Assembly: GCA_900554545.1 (NCBI GenBank)
Contig: USHW01000007.1
Coordinates: 6,861 to 70,860 of the forward strand
Origin: an uncultured Prevotella sp.
GTDB taxonomy: Bacteria; Bacteroidota; Bacteroidia; Bacteroidales; Bacteroidaceae
Length of the DNA stretch: 64,000 nucleotides
Direction of reading: 5' to 3'
Positions 9,873 to 18,793 of the stretch are shown here, in pieces; position 1 is the first letter of the stretch, and each line of letters begins with the position of its first letter. Below the pieces are notes generated by a model. That model was not told where the DNA came from. It did no database searches and saw only the letters and a list, made by a program, of their open reading frames with translations. The position numbers and the translations under genes are program-made.

Positions 9873-10889
9873 TTATCTGAACTGGTTTTCAACGATATCG
9901 GTAAGCACGTCGGTCATGTTGAGTCCTGCCGCCTTGACCTGTTGCGGGATGAAACTCGTGGCCGTCATGCCTGGAGTGGTGTTGATTTCTATCATGTTCA
10001 CCTTATCCACTTCCTGTCCGTCACTGCCCGTTCCACGGCTTATGATGTAGTCGATGCGTATCATTCCGTTGCAGTGCAGAATGTCATAGATTTGGCTCGT
10101 AATCTCTTCCACGCGCTTGGCAGTGTCCGGGGCGAGGCGCGCCGGAGTGATTTCCTGAACCTGGCCGTTGTATTTTGCATCATAATCAAAGAACTCGCGC
10201 TGCGTAACAACTTCTGTGGCAGGCAGCACCACGCTCTTTTCATGTGTCTTGTAACAGCCTATCGAAATCTCCGTTCCTTCTATGTAGCGTTCCACCATCA
10301 CGTCCTCGCTCTCAAGCATGGCCTTTCTTATAGCCGGAGCAAGCTGGTCTTTGTTCTTCACTTTCGAAACACCGAAGCTGCTGCCGTCGGCCGCAGGCTT
10401 GACGAAACACGGCATGCCGATGCGCTCCTCAATCTCGTCGTCGCTGACAATTTCCTCGTATCCCTTTCGGATAAGCAGGCTGTCGGCCACGCGGACTCCA
10501 TAACCGCGCAGGTACTGGTTGAGTACGAACTTGTTGAAAGTCAACGCCTCGACAAGCACTCCGCTCGTAGAATAAGGCACATGGACAAGCTCGAAATAAC
10601 CTTGCAGTATGCCGTTCTCACCCGGAGTGCCGTGTATTGTTATGTAAGCGTAATCGAATTGCACAAAATTTCCGTTCTCCATGAACGAGAAGTCGTTGCG
10701 GTCTATCGGCGCGGTTGTGCCGTCAGGCAGTTCGACGTGCCAGTCGAGCTTGCTCACAACCACGATGTAGACATTGTACCTTTCCTTGTCAAAGAAAGAA
10801 TAAAGCCCTTGGGCTGAACGTAAAGAGACACCATACTCGGAAGAATATCCTCCGCATACTATGGCAATTGTTCTCTTGAGATTTTTCAT
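9873..10889 (-). CDS. ddl: D-alanine--D-alanine ligase
   Basis: GGYSSEYGVS, HGTPGENG, GSSFGV, FFDYDAKY (Tyr, D-Ala type), EINTTPG. Confidence 0.95.
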   Translation of the reverse strand: MKNLKRTIAIVCGGYSSEYGVSLRSAQGLYSFFDKERYNVYIVVVSKLDWHVELPDGTTAPIDRNDFSFMENGNFVQFDYAYITIHGTPGENGILQGYFELVHVPYSTSGVLVEALTFNKFVLNQYLRGYGVRVADSLLIRKGYEEIVSDDEIEERIGMPCFVKPAADGSSFGVSKVKNKDQLAPAIRKAMLESEDVMVERYIEGTEISIGCYKTHEKSVVLPATEVVTQREFFDYDAKYNGQVQEITPARLAPDTAKRVEEITSQIYDILHCNGMIRIDYIISRGTGSDGQEVDKVNMIEINTTPGMTATSFIPQQVKAAGLNMTDVLTDIVENQFR

Positions 10890-10898
10890 AAAGTATTT

Positions 10899-11954
10899 TT
10901 ATTTAAATTCATTTCCTTTTATATACGCCCTCCATTTGCCTATAAGCCGTTCCATGTCGTCAGGAAGCGTAGAGGTGAAGTCCATCTGCCGCCCCGTGGA
11001 AGGATGCACAAAACCCAGCGTCTTGGCGTGAAGCGCCTGCCGGGGGCAAGTCTTGAAACAGTTTTCGATGAACTGGCGGTAGCTGCCTGTACGGTTTCCA
11101 CGCAGAATTTCCGTACCTCCGTAACGCTCGTCGGCAAAAAGCGGATGACCTATATGGCGCATGTGCGCCCTTATCTGATGAGTCCGTCCCGTCTCAAGGA
11201 TGCACTCCACAAGGGTTACATACCCGAAACGCTCCATCACACGGTAATGAGTGACGGCGGGCTTGCCCGTCTCCGAACCCGGCGGATATACCGCCATGCG
11301 CATACGCTCTTTGGTATCACGCCCTATGTTGCCCTCTATGCGGCCCTCGTCCTCGGTGAAATTGCCCCACACAAGGGCGTTATAGCTGCGGTGTGTCGTC
11401 TTGTTGAAGAATTGCAAGGCAAGTTTCGTCTTCGCGTTGGGTGTCTTTGCAATGACCAACAGACCGCTCGTGTCCTTGTCGATGCGGTGCACCAATCCCA
11501 CTTCCGGGTCATTGGGGTCATACGTCGGCACGTCTTTCAAGTGCCAGGCCACGGCATTCACCAGCGTGCCGTGCCAGTTTCCGCATCCAGGATGCACAAC
11601 AAGTCCGGCGGGCTTGTCAATCACCATAAGTTCGTCATCTTCATATACGACGTCAAGCGGGATGTCCTCCGGCTCGATTGTGTTGTCATACTGCGGCCTG
11701 TCAAGCATCAGCGTGATGACGTCAAGTGGGCGTACACGGTAGTTGCTCTTCACCGGACGCCCGTTGACCTGTACGAATCCGGCATCGGCCGCACGCTGTA
11801 TGCGGTTGCGGCTGGTATGCTGCAGTTTCTTGAGCATGAACTTGTCGATGCGCAACGGCTCTTGTCCTTTGTCTACAACGACACGCAGATGTTCATACAA
11901 CTGCTGCCCGTCATCATCGTCAAACCCTATGTCGTCGATATAATCTTCAGCCAT
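10899..11954 (-). CDS. rluD: RluA/RluD family pseudouridine synthase with S4 domain
   Basis: DKPAGLVVHP, HRIDKDTSG, ETGRTHQIRAH, RQALHA. Confidence 0.88.
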   Translation of the reverse strand: MAEDYIDDIGFDDDDGQQLYEHLRVVVDKGQEPLRIDKFMLKKLQHTSRNRIQRAADAGFVQVNGRPVKSNYRVRPLDVITLMLDRPQYDNTIEPEDIPLDVVYEDDELMVIDKPAGLVVHPGCGNWHGTLVNAVAWHLKDVPTYDPNDPEVGLVHRIDKDTSGLLVIAKTPNAKTKLALQFFNKTTHRSYNALVWGNFTEDEGRIEGNIGRDTKERMRMAVYPPGSETGKPAVTHYRVMERFGYVTLVECILETGRTHQIRAHMRHIGHPLFADERYGGTEILRGNRTGSYRQFIENCFKTCPRQALHAKTLGFVHPSTGRQMDFTSTLPDDMERLIGKWRAYIKGNEFK

Positions 11955-11990
11955 GAATGTTTTGGTGCAAAAAGTCTTGACGCTCAAGAA

Positions 11991-12704
11991 TTACTGTTCA
12001 GGCCCCGTAACGACCTCGAACTCGTCAACGTCTCCGCTCTCTTCCGGCCCGGTATACAGCACGCCGTCAGACGGGGAAACCATCTCTGTAGAGTCGCTGA
12101 ACCCGTCATAAAATTCAGGCTCGGCATACACTATCGAGTCACTCATGTCGCGCATGCCGTCTCCCACTTGCATCACGATGACATCATTGACAGACACTTT
12201 CTGCCCGTTATGCAACAGCCGTCCGCCTGACTTCAGCCCGTAAAGCCACTCTCCCTCACCCGGTATATATTCGGTAGGGCCTATCTTGAAGCCCATAGCT
12301 ATCAGCTTGGCGCGAGCCTCACGGTAAGAGCAGTTGTCTATTATGTCGGGAATGGTGAGCATGGGCGAATGCGACGAGTTGATAACAACATAAACCACAC
12401 GCCCCGACTTCACAACCTTGCCCGGTTCGGGCGACTGCTCCAGGATGCAGTCGGGCGGAAGCGTCTTAACATAGCCGGTGTCGCTCACCGCAATTTTAAG
12501 CTTGCGTCCCGTCAATATATGCTCAGCATCGGCAAAAGACTTGCGCTTGACATCGGGCACGGAAATCTCCTCGCCATGGTGTGTATATATGTCAAGCCCC
12601 ACCTTTACGCCCAGACACAACAAGACGACGACAACCAGCATCAAGGCCAGGTTCAACCAAAGCCTCAAACTGAAGATTTTTCTAAAGAAATCTTTTGTCT
12701 TCAT
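11991..12704 (-). CDS. PASTA domain membrane protein
   Basis: TM helix, YTHHG, VPDV...EQSPEPG PASTA repeats. Confidence 0.85.
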   Translation of the reverse strand: MKTKDFFRKIFSLRLWLNLALMLVVVVLLCLGVKVGLDIYTHHGEEISVPDVKRKSFADAEHILTGRKLKIAVSDTGYVKTLPPDCILEQSPEPGKVVKSGRVVYVVINSSHSPMLTIPDIIDNCSYREARAKLIAMGFKIGPTEYIPGEGEWLYGLKSGGRLLHNGQKVSVNDVIVMQVGDGMRDMSDSIVYAEPEFYDGFSDSTEMVSPSDGVLYTGPEESGDVDEFEVVTGPEQ

Positions 12705-12873
12705 CCCTGCCGTATGATTTCACTTGAATACATGCAAGCGGCCGAAAGATGCCGGGCACCTCCCTTCCACGAGCGCGACTTATTTTCTGCAAAGGTATGA
12801 AAAAAACAGAAAGAAGCAAAGACATCGCTTTACTTCTTTCCTTTTCCTCTCCAATTTCTTATTAGCCCGGCGG

Positions 12874-13029
12874 TTATTTGCCGTGATGCTCGTCTGAAAC
12901 AGTAAGCTTCTTGCGACCCTTTGCACGGCGCGACGCAAGCACGCGGCGACCGTTTTTAGTAGCCATTCTCTCACGGAAACCGTGCTTGTTCACCCTACGC
13001 CTGTTGTGCGGCTGAAATGTTCTTTTCAT
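12874..13029 (-). CDS. rpmH: 50S ribosomal protein L34 (absent from the ORF track)
   Basis: Manual translation [51 protein letters not shown]. Confidence 0.97.
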   Translation of the reverse strand: MKRTFQPHNRRRVNKHGFRERMATKNGRRVLASRRAKGRKKLTVSDEHHGK

Positions 13030-13156
13030 ATTCTTATTTTATTTTTGTTGTTATTCGTTCCACGCTTTGGGCTGCAAAAGTACACATTTCTTTTCAAACA
13101 ACCAAGGATAATATGTTTTTTAGGCATTTGTTTTATGCTTTTTTCTAAAAAAATAG

Positions 13157-13164
13157 TAACTTTG
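13157..13164 (+). promoter_or_regulatory. Bacteroidota -7 promoter element upstream of efp
   Basis: TAACTTTG matches TAnnTTTG; a divergent element for rpmH lies at 13075-13082. Confidence 0.55.
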
Positions 13165-13286
13165 CAGCCTGAAAGTCAACTTTTTAGGCGGACATAACGG
13201 AACTAACGGATGAAGCGCCGGGCCTCAAAGTGCCGCCTTATCATGATTTACGGACAGGCGACAACATTCTAAATTACATATACAAA

Positions 13287-13853
13287 ATGATTAACTCACA
13301 GGAAATAAAGAAAGGTACATGCATCCGCATGGACAACCAGGTATGGATTTGCATCGACTTCCAGCACGTAAAACCGGGAAAAGGCAACACGGTGATGCGC
13401 ACAAAGCTGAAGAACGTCACCGACGGACGCGTGCTTGAGCGCACATTCCAGATTGGCTTCAAGCTTGAAGACGTACGCATCGAACACCGCCCCTACCAGT
13501 ACCTGTACGAAGACCCCACAGGACTGATTTTCATGAACCAGGAGACATTCGAGCAGCTTCCTATCAACCGCGACTCGATAATCGGCGTTGACTACATGAA
13601 GGAAGGCGACGTTGTAGAAGTCGTTACCGACACCACCGACGGCACGATACTCTACGCCGAGATGCCGGTAAAGACCAACCTCCGCGTGACACACAGCGAA
13701 CCGGGCGTCAAAGGCGACACCGCCACAAACGCGACAAAGCCCGCCACACTTGAGACCGGCGTTGAAGTTCGCGTTCCGCTGTTCATCAACGAGGGCGACC
13801 TGATACAGATTGACACGCGCGACGGCAGCTACCTCAGCCGCGTCAAGGAATAA
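13287..13853 (+). CDS. efp: Elongation factor P
   Basis: HVKPGKG, PGVKGDTA, KPATLETG, VPLFI. Confidence 0.96.
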   Translation: MINSQEIKKGTCIRMDNQVWICIDFQHVKPGKGNTVMRTKLKNVTDGRVLERTFQIGFKLEDVRIEHRPYQYLYEDPTGLIFMNQETFEQLPINRDSIIGVDYMKEGDVVEVVTDTTDGTILYAEMPVKTNLRVTHSEPGVKGDTATNATKPATLETGVEVRVPLFINEGDLIQIDTRDGSYLSRVKE

Positions 13854-13878
13854 ACTTCTCTCCAGAAGTTGACAAGTC

Positions 13879-13962
13879 AAGGAGCAAAGGAGTTAAGACA
13901 ATTGCCTTGTAGTTATGGCATAACGCTGCTGCAAGCCATTTGCCTTGACGCCTTTGCTCCTT
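13879..13962. repeat. Family H fold-back element
   Basis: AAGGAGCAAAGGAGTTAAGACAA ... TTGCCTTGACGCCTTTGCTCCTT, with CAATTGCCTTG core. Confidence 0.7.
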
Positions 13963-14028
13963 AATATTTTACCGCTTCACTACCGGTCCCAACTCCCCAA
14001 CATCTTAAATCCTTAACACCTTTTTCCT

Positions 14029-15066
14029 ATGAAATACTCTTTTATCGTTCCCGTTTACAACCGCCCCGACGAGGTTGACGAACTGCTGGCCAGCCTTACC
14101 ACACAAACCGTAAAGGATTTTGAGGTAATTATAGTTGAAGACGGCAGCTCCACGCCATGCAAGGACGTATGCGCAAAATACGAAGGATGCCTCGACCTGC
14201 ACTATTACACGAAAAAGAACAGCGGTCCGGGGCAGAGCCGCAACTACGGCGCGGAACGCTCCAAGGGAGAGTATCTCATCGTGCTTGACTCAGACGTTGT
14301 AGTGCCCGAAGGCTACCTGCAGGCCGTAGACGACGAGCTTAACCGCGAACCGGCCGACGCCTTCGGCGGTCCCGACCGCGCGCACGCCTCGTTCACCGAC
14401 ACGCAAAAGGCCATAAGCTACTCCATGACGAGCTTTTTCACCACAGGCGGAATACGCGGAGGAAAGAAGAAACTTGACAAGTTCTACCCCCGCTCATACA
14501 ACATGGGCATACGCCGCGACGTCTACCTGCGCCTCGGAGGCTTCTCAAAGATGCGCTTCGGCGAGGACATCGACTTCAGCATACGCATATTCAAGGCCGG
14601 CTGCCGCTGCCGGCTGTTTCCCGGAGCATGGGTGTGGCACAAGCGGCGCACCGACTTCCGCAAGTTCTTCCGCCAGGTCTACAACAGCGGCATCGCACGC
14701 ATCAACCTCTACAAGAAATACCCCGAATCGCTGAAACTCGTCCACATGCTGCCAACTGTGTTCACAGTAGGCGTATGCGCGCTCGTGCTCACGTCAGCCG
14801 TAGGCCGCGTACTGATGGCCTACGACGACATCCATCGCTGGTACTGGCTGTGCGCCGCGCCCTGGCTGCCCATCATTCTCTACTGCCTGCTCATCACCGC
14901 CGACTCCACCGCTGCCAACAAAAGCCTCAAAGTAGGGCTGCTAAGCGTCCCTGCGGCGTTCGTCCAGCTCTTCGGCTACGGCTGCGGCTTCATCAGCGCA
15001 TGGTGGAAACGCTGCGTAAAAGGGCAGGACGAGTTCCATGCCTTTGAAAAGACATTCTATAAATGA
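14029..15066 (+). CDS. GT2 glycosyltransferase with C-terminal TM helices
   Basis: SFIVPVYN, EDGS, LDSD, GEDIDF. Confidence 0.9.
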   Translation: MKYSFIVPVYNRPDEVDELLASLTTQTVKDFEVIIVEDGSSTPCKDVCAKYEGCLDLHYYTKKNSGPGQSRNYGAERSKGEYLIVLDSDVVVPEGYLQAVDDELNREPADAFGGPDRAHASFTDTQKAISYSMTSFFTTGGIRGGKKKLDKFYPRSYNMGIRRDVYLRLGGFSKMRFGEDIDFSIRIFKAGCRCRLFPGAWVWHKRRTDFRKFFRQVYNSGIARINLYKKYPESLKLVHMLPTVFTVGVCALVLTSAVGRVLMAYDDIHRWYWLCAAPWLPIILYCLLITADSTAANKSLKVGLLSVPAAFVQLFGYGCGFISAWWKRCVKGQDEFHAFEKTFYK

Positions 15067-15070
15067 AATA

Positions 15071-15199
15071 AGAAGTTAAAGGAGTTAAGGAAGTCAAAGG
15101 AGTTAAAGACAAATGATTTTACCCCAATCAACTCCTCTACCACAGCCTGCAAAGCAATTGTCCTTAACTCCTTTGACTTCCTTAACTCCTTTAACTTCT
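15071..15199. repeat. Family H fold-back element, 42-bp arms of AGTTAAAGG-type units
   Basis: Arms 15071-15112 and 15158-15199 pair at 41/42; CAAAGCAATTG core. Confidence 0.9.
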
Positions 15200-15204
15200 A
15201 AAAC

Positions 15205-15897
15205 ATGACAAAACTTTCCATCAACCAATGGTCGCCCGAAGACCGTCCGCGCGAGAAGCTCATGCGGCTCGGCGCCGCAGCGCTGTCGAACGCCGAGCTG
15301 CTGGCAATACTCATCGGCTCCGGCTCGCAGGATGAAAGCGCGGTTGACCTGATGAAGCGCGTGCTCGCCGACTGCGGCAACAACCTTAACACCCTCGGGA
15401 AAATGACAATCGACGAGCTTTCCGGCGGCAAGTACAAAGGACTCGGACCGGCCAAGGCGGTAACGATAATAGCCGCCTGCGAATTGGGCAAACGGCGGCA
15501 GGCAGAAAAGGCCGAAGAGCGCCGGAAGCTCGATTCGGCCGCAGCCATCTACGAATATATGCTCCCAAAAATGCAAGACCTGCCCGAAGAAGAGGCATGG
15601 GTGCTGCTGATGAACCAGAACTTCAAGCTCATAAAAAGCGTCATGCTGTCACACGGCGGCATTACCGAGACAGCCGTAGACATTCGCCTCGCCATAAAGC
15701 ACGCCCTGCTGTGCAACGCCACCGTAATAGCCCTGTGCCACAACCATCCCAGCGGAAACGCCCGTCCCAGCGGCGAAGACGACAACCTTACGCAACGGAT
15801 GAAAAACGCCTGCAAAACAATGCGCCTGCATTTTCTCGACCACCTAATAATTACCGACGGCCGGTATTACAGCTACTCCGAAGAAGGCCGGCTGTAA
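15205..15897 (+). CDS. radC: RadC-like JAB domain protein
   Basis: DRPREKL, LSNAELLAIL, HNHPSG, LDHLII. Confidence 0.93.
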   Translation: MTKLSINQWSPEDRPREKLMRLGAAALSNAELLAILIGSGSQDESAVDLMKRVLADCGNNLNTLGKMTIDELSGGKYKGLGPAKAVTIIAACELGKRRQAEKAEERRKLDSAAAIYEYMLPKMQDLPEEEAWVLLMNQNFKLIKSVMLSHGGITETAVDIRLAIKHALLCNATVIALCHNHPSGNARPSGEDDNLTQRMKNACKTMRLHFLDHLIITDGRYYSYSEEGRL

Positions 15898-15904
15898 GCG
15901 GAGG

Positions 15905-16441
15905 TCAGCATTCCTTGTCCTGCATACCCTCGCGCACGCGCTTCACGGCCATCTCCGCCCCGTCACAGCTCAGAAGGTAAGTGCGGCCGCGGCGCAGCCT
16001 GATGTAAAAAGCGTCGGCGTAACTGCCTACATACTCGAAGTGGGTACCGAGACCGCCGCCGGAGAACCAGCCGATGAAGCCGCAGAACGCGCCGCTGCCG
16101 CAAAAGCGGAACAGGCATGACGGCTTGCCAGTCCACAAGCCGGCGTCCGCAATATCGGCATAACGGAACACCTTGCGCCCCAGCACACGGTGGAGCACAA
16201 GCGCGTCTGCCGTCAGCTCGACGCGTCTTGGCGACATCAAGAAAAAGCAGAGCAGGCATGCCAGCACCGCCAACGTAACAACCAGCGTGGCGGTAAAGGC
16301 TACGACGTCAAACGTTTCACGCAGCATCATATACCACACCACTGCGAACACCGCAACGACAAGCACCCATACGCCTGCTGTAACGTTAAGCACTCCCTTC
16401 GACTTGCCTACCTTGCATATCACGCCACCTGCTGTTTCCAT
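15905..16441 (-). CDS. Membrane protein with bacterial PH domain
   Basis: Two TM helices, then RFCGSGAFCGFIGWF and YLLSC. Confidence 0.7.
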   Translation of the reverse strand: METAGGVICKVGKSKGVLNVTAGVWVLVVAVFAVVWYMMLRETFDVVAFTATLVVTLAVLACLLCFFLMSPRRVELTADALVLHRVLGRKVFRYADIADAGLWTGKPSCLFRFCGSGAFCGFIGWFSGGGLGTHFEYVGSYADAFYIRLRRGRTYLLSCDGAEMAVKRVREGMQDKEC

Positions 16442-16593
16442 ACGCATCCGTTTTTGTTTGCAATATTGCAAATATAGCATTTTTCAGACTATATGCCAAG
16501 CAAAAAACACACGAAACAACGTATTTGTCCATACAAGCGGCAACCGCCGGCAGACCATCAAACACCCGGCAGAGTACCACAGGTCACACTCCG

Positions 16594-16707
16594 CGTAAAG
16601 CGCTGCATGCCAGCACATTGCGAAAGGCGGTCTTTCGCAATGCAAAAGGCCGCCTTTCAGCGTGCAATACATGGCCTTTCGGGATGCAATATGCCGTCTT
16701 TTACAAT
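16594..16707 (+). repeat. Family A element 2
   Basis: Degenerate box, then units at 16620, 16642, 16664, 16686. Confidence 0.8.
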
Positions 16708-16724
16708 ACGGCACGCACCACATC

Positions 16725-16754
16725 AAAAAAAGCGCGCCGCATTTGCGGCGCGCT
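16725..16754 (-). terminator. Intrinsic terminator of the susCD pair
   Basis: AGCGCGCCGC-ATTT-GCGGCGCGCT stem followed by a T run on the minus strand. Confidence 0.8.
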
Positions 16755-16825
16755 CCTACTTTTTACTTAAACAACACAAAACTTGAAACACTCCTGTTTC
16801 TTTGTGTTTCCGTCAGGCACACAAA

Positions 16826-18781
16826 TCACCTGTATGCCGGGTTCTGGAAGGCTTCCCTCTCGGCGTCGGTCATTTCCATTGCGTCGAGCTGGCCCTTCGG
16901 TATTGGGCGGAGGTAGAAGCCGTCGGGAATGTCACGCTCGTAAGTTACGGGCGTTACGTCGTTTGCGTTCATGCCGCAGATGGTGTATGAACCAGCCCTC
17001 TCACGCCATGTCTGCGTACGCACGAGGTCAAGCCAGCGGCGGCCTTCGCCGAAGTACTCGCGGCTAAGCTCGTCGAGGATGTAGTCGATAGTGATAGTCG
17101 CAGGTGTAGCGTCCATCATCTGCTGGCTGAAGTCAGCCTCGTAAACCTGGTTCTGCGCGTTGCTGAAACGCCACTTGCCGGCACGTGCGCGGATAACGTT
17201 GATGCACTCGCGTGCGGTATATCCCGACTGGGTAGTCGCACCCTTCACGGCTGCCTCGGCTGCAACGAAGTAGAAGTCAGAGAAGTACAGGATGTTGAAC
17301 GGACGTGTGCTGGCAGCATTGGGCTGGCCTACGGTTCCGGCATTGTCTGTACGGTAAACGCCGAGCTTCCACAGCATCGGGTACTTCAGACGGCTGATTG
17401 CCCTGATAGGCACAACATAGTCCGAGCGTCCGTTCACTTCATAACCGCCTACGGCATTCTCTGTAGTAACTTTTGTGCCTGCAGGCACAACGTCGTCGTC
17501 AACGAACGACAATATAGCGTCTCCTACGCCTACAGGCTTGTCATTGGCGTTAATCGCCTGCGTCAGACCGCCGTAGTTTGCTGCGTCAAGATTCCAATTG
17601 GCACGGAACACTGTAGTGAAAGTACCGTCATAACGGGAATCTTCTGTTTTGTTGGCAAACGTGTTATAGAACACTTCCTGCGGAGGAGCCATACGCGTCC
17701 AAGGACGGCCGAGGTCCTGTGTGGCTGCGCGGAGCACCGGGGTGAACGATTCACCGTTGTCGCCTCTCGTAGCGGTCATGTTAGGATAGTTCCATGTTAC
17801 CATCCATACCGCGAAGTTGTCGGGAGCCGCGCCGCTGCCGTAACTCAAAGAGCTGCCGTTGAACTCCTCGCTGTTCTCTGTGTGGTCTGCATAGAGCATA
17901 ACCTCGCTGTTGCGGTCGTTAGAGCCGAGGTGAACGTCGTAGTACGTAGGCTGAAGCGAGAATGAACCGGGGTTCTTTATGCCTTCTACAGCCAAGTCGT
18001 AAGCCATCTGGAAATAATCCGATGCCTGCAAGCCGTCCGGGTCAACGCGGTCACACTCGGGATAGGTCGGGATATTATTCGGATTCTCGAGCCACCAGCC
18101 ATAAGCCAGGTAAGCCTTTGCCAGCGCAAGGCGTGCGGCATTCTTTGTAAGGGCGCCGGTGAGTCGTCCCGTCTCCGGCAACCTCTCAACGGCAATCTTC
18201 AAATCGGGGAACACTGCCTTCGTATAAACCTCGGGCACTGTGTTGCGTACAGAGTAACGTGTAGGAGAAACGTTGAACTTCAACTCTCCTGCGCCAAGGT
18301 CGAGGGGCACGCCTCCGAACGTCTGCACAAGGCGGAAGTAGTCCCATGCGCGGAAGAAGCGGGCCTCGGCAATGAGGGCTTCGTCCGTTCCGGCCGCCGT
18401 TCCGTTCTCTATGATGCCGCTGGCGGTGTTGATGTATGTGAACGCATTGCCCCAAAGAGCGTCTGAACGGCTCGTCTCCGAAGTGAGCTGGCCTACGCCT
18501 GAAAGGTCGGCATCCTTGAAGTTGCCGTCGGCGTCATGGCCGTAAGTGTACTCGTCGGTACCGGTTTCGCAGATACAGTAATAATACGCGTAGCCGTAAG
18601 TGTCGCGAAGGTGTGCGTACAAGGCGGTCAGTCCGCCCTCTATGCCTTGTTCCGTACCGAAGAAACTCGGGTCGTACTTGGTACGGGGCTGCTCGTCAAG
18701 AATGTCGGAGCACGATGCGAGCATCAACAGTCCGACTGACGCAATGCCTAAGTTCCTTATTTTAGATTTAAACGTATTCAT
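16826..18781 (-). CDS. SusD/RagB family lipoprotein
   Basis: Lipobox LASC; EARFFRAWDYFRLVQTFGGVPL; RWLDLVRT; LRPIP...QNPAY. Confidence 0.93.
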   Translation of the reverse strand: MNTFKSKIRNLGIASVGLLMLASCSDILDEQPRTKYDPSFFGTEQGIEGGLTALYAHLRDTYGYAYYYCICETGTDEYTYGHDADGNFKDADLSGVGQLTSETSRSDALWGNAFTYINTASGIIENGTAAGTDEALIAEARFFRAWDYFRLVQTFGGVPLDLGAGELKFNVSPTRYSVRNTVPEVYTKAVFPDLKIAVERLPETGRLTGALTKNAARLALAKAYLAYGWWLENPNNIPTYPECDRVDPDGLQASDYFQMAYDLAVEGIKNPGSFSLQPTYYDVHLGSNDRNSEVMLYADHTENSEEFNGSSLSYGSGAAPDNFAVWMVTWNYPNMTATRGDNGESFTPVLRAATQDLGRPWTRMAPPQEVFYNTFANKTEDSRYDGTFTTVFRANWNLDAANYGGLTQAINANDKPVGVGDAILSFVDDDVVPAGTKVTTENAVGGYEVNGRSDYVVPIRAISRLKYPMLWKLGVYRTDNAGTVGQPNAASTRPFNILYFSDFYFVAAEAAVKGATTQSGYTARECINVIRARAGKWRFSNAQNQVYEADFSQQMMDATPATITIDYILDELSREYFGEGRRWLDLVRTQTWRERAGSYTICGMNANDVTPVTYERDIPDGFYLRPIPKGQLDAMEMTDAEREAFQNPAYR

Positions 18782-18793
18782 GGTTTTTCGTTT

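Noticed and set aside
13230..13286. In-frame GTG giving an MPP... extension of EF-P (possible polyproline autoregulation)
   Set aside because: EF-P homology starts at ATG 13287, which has the A-rich initiation context; a single PP is expected by chance.
15205..15897. radC as a marker of a mobile or anti-restriction element
   Set aside because: It is the full-length chromosomal type among core genes, with no integrase or cargo nearby.
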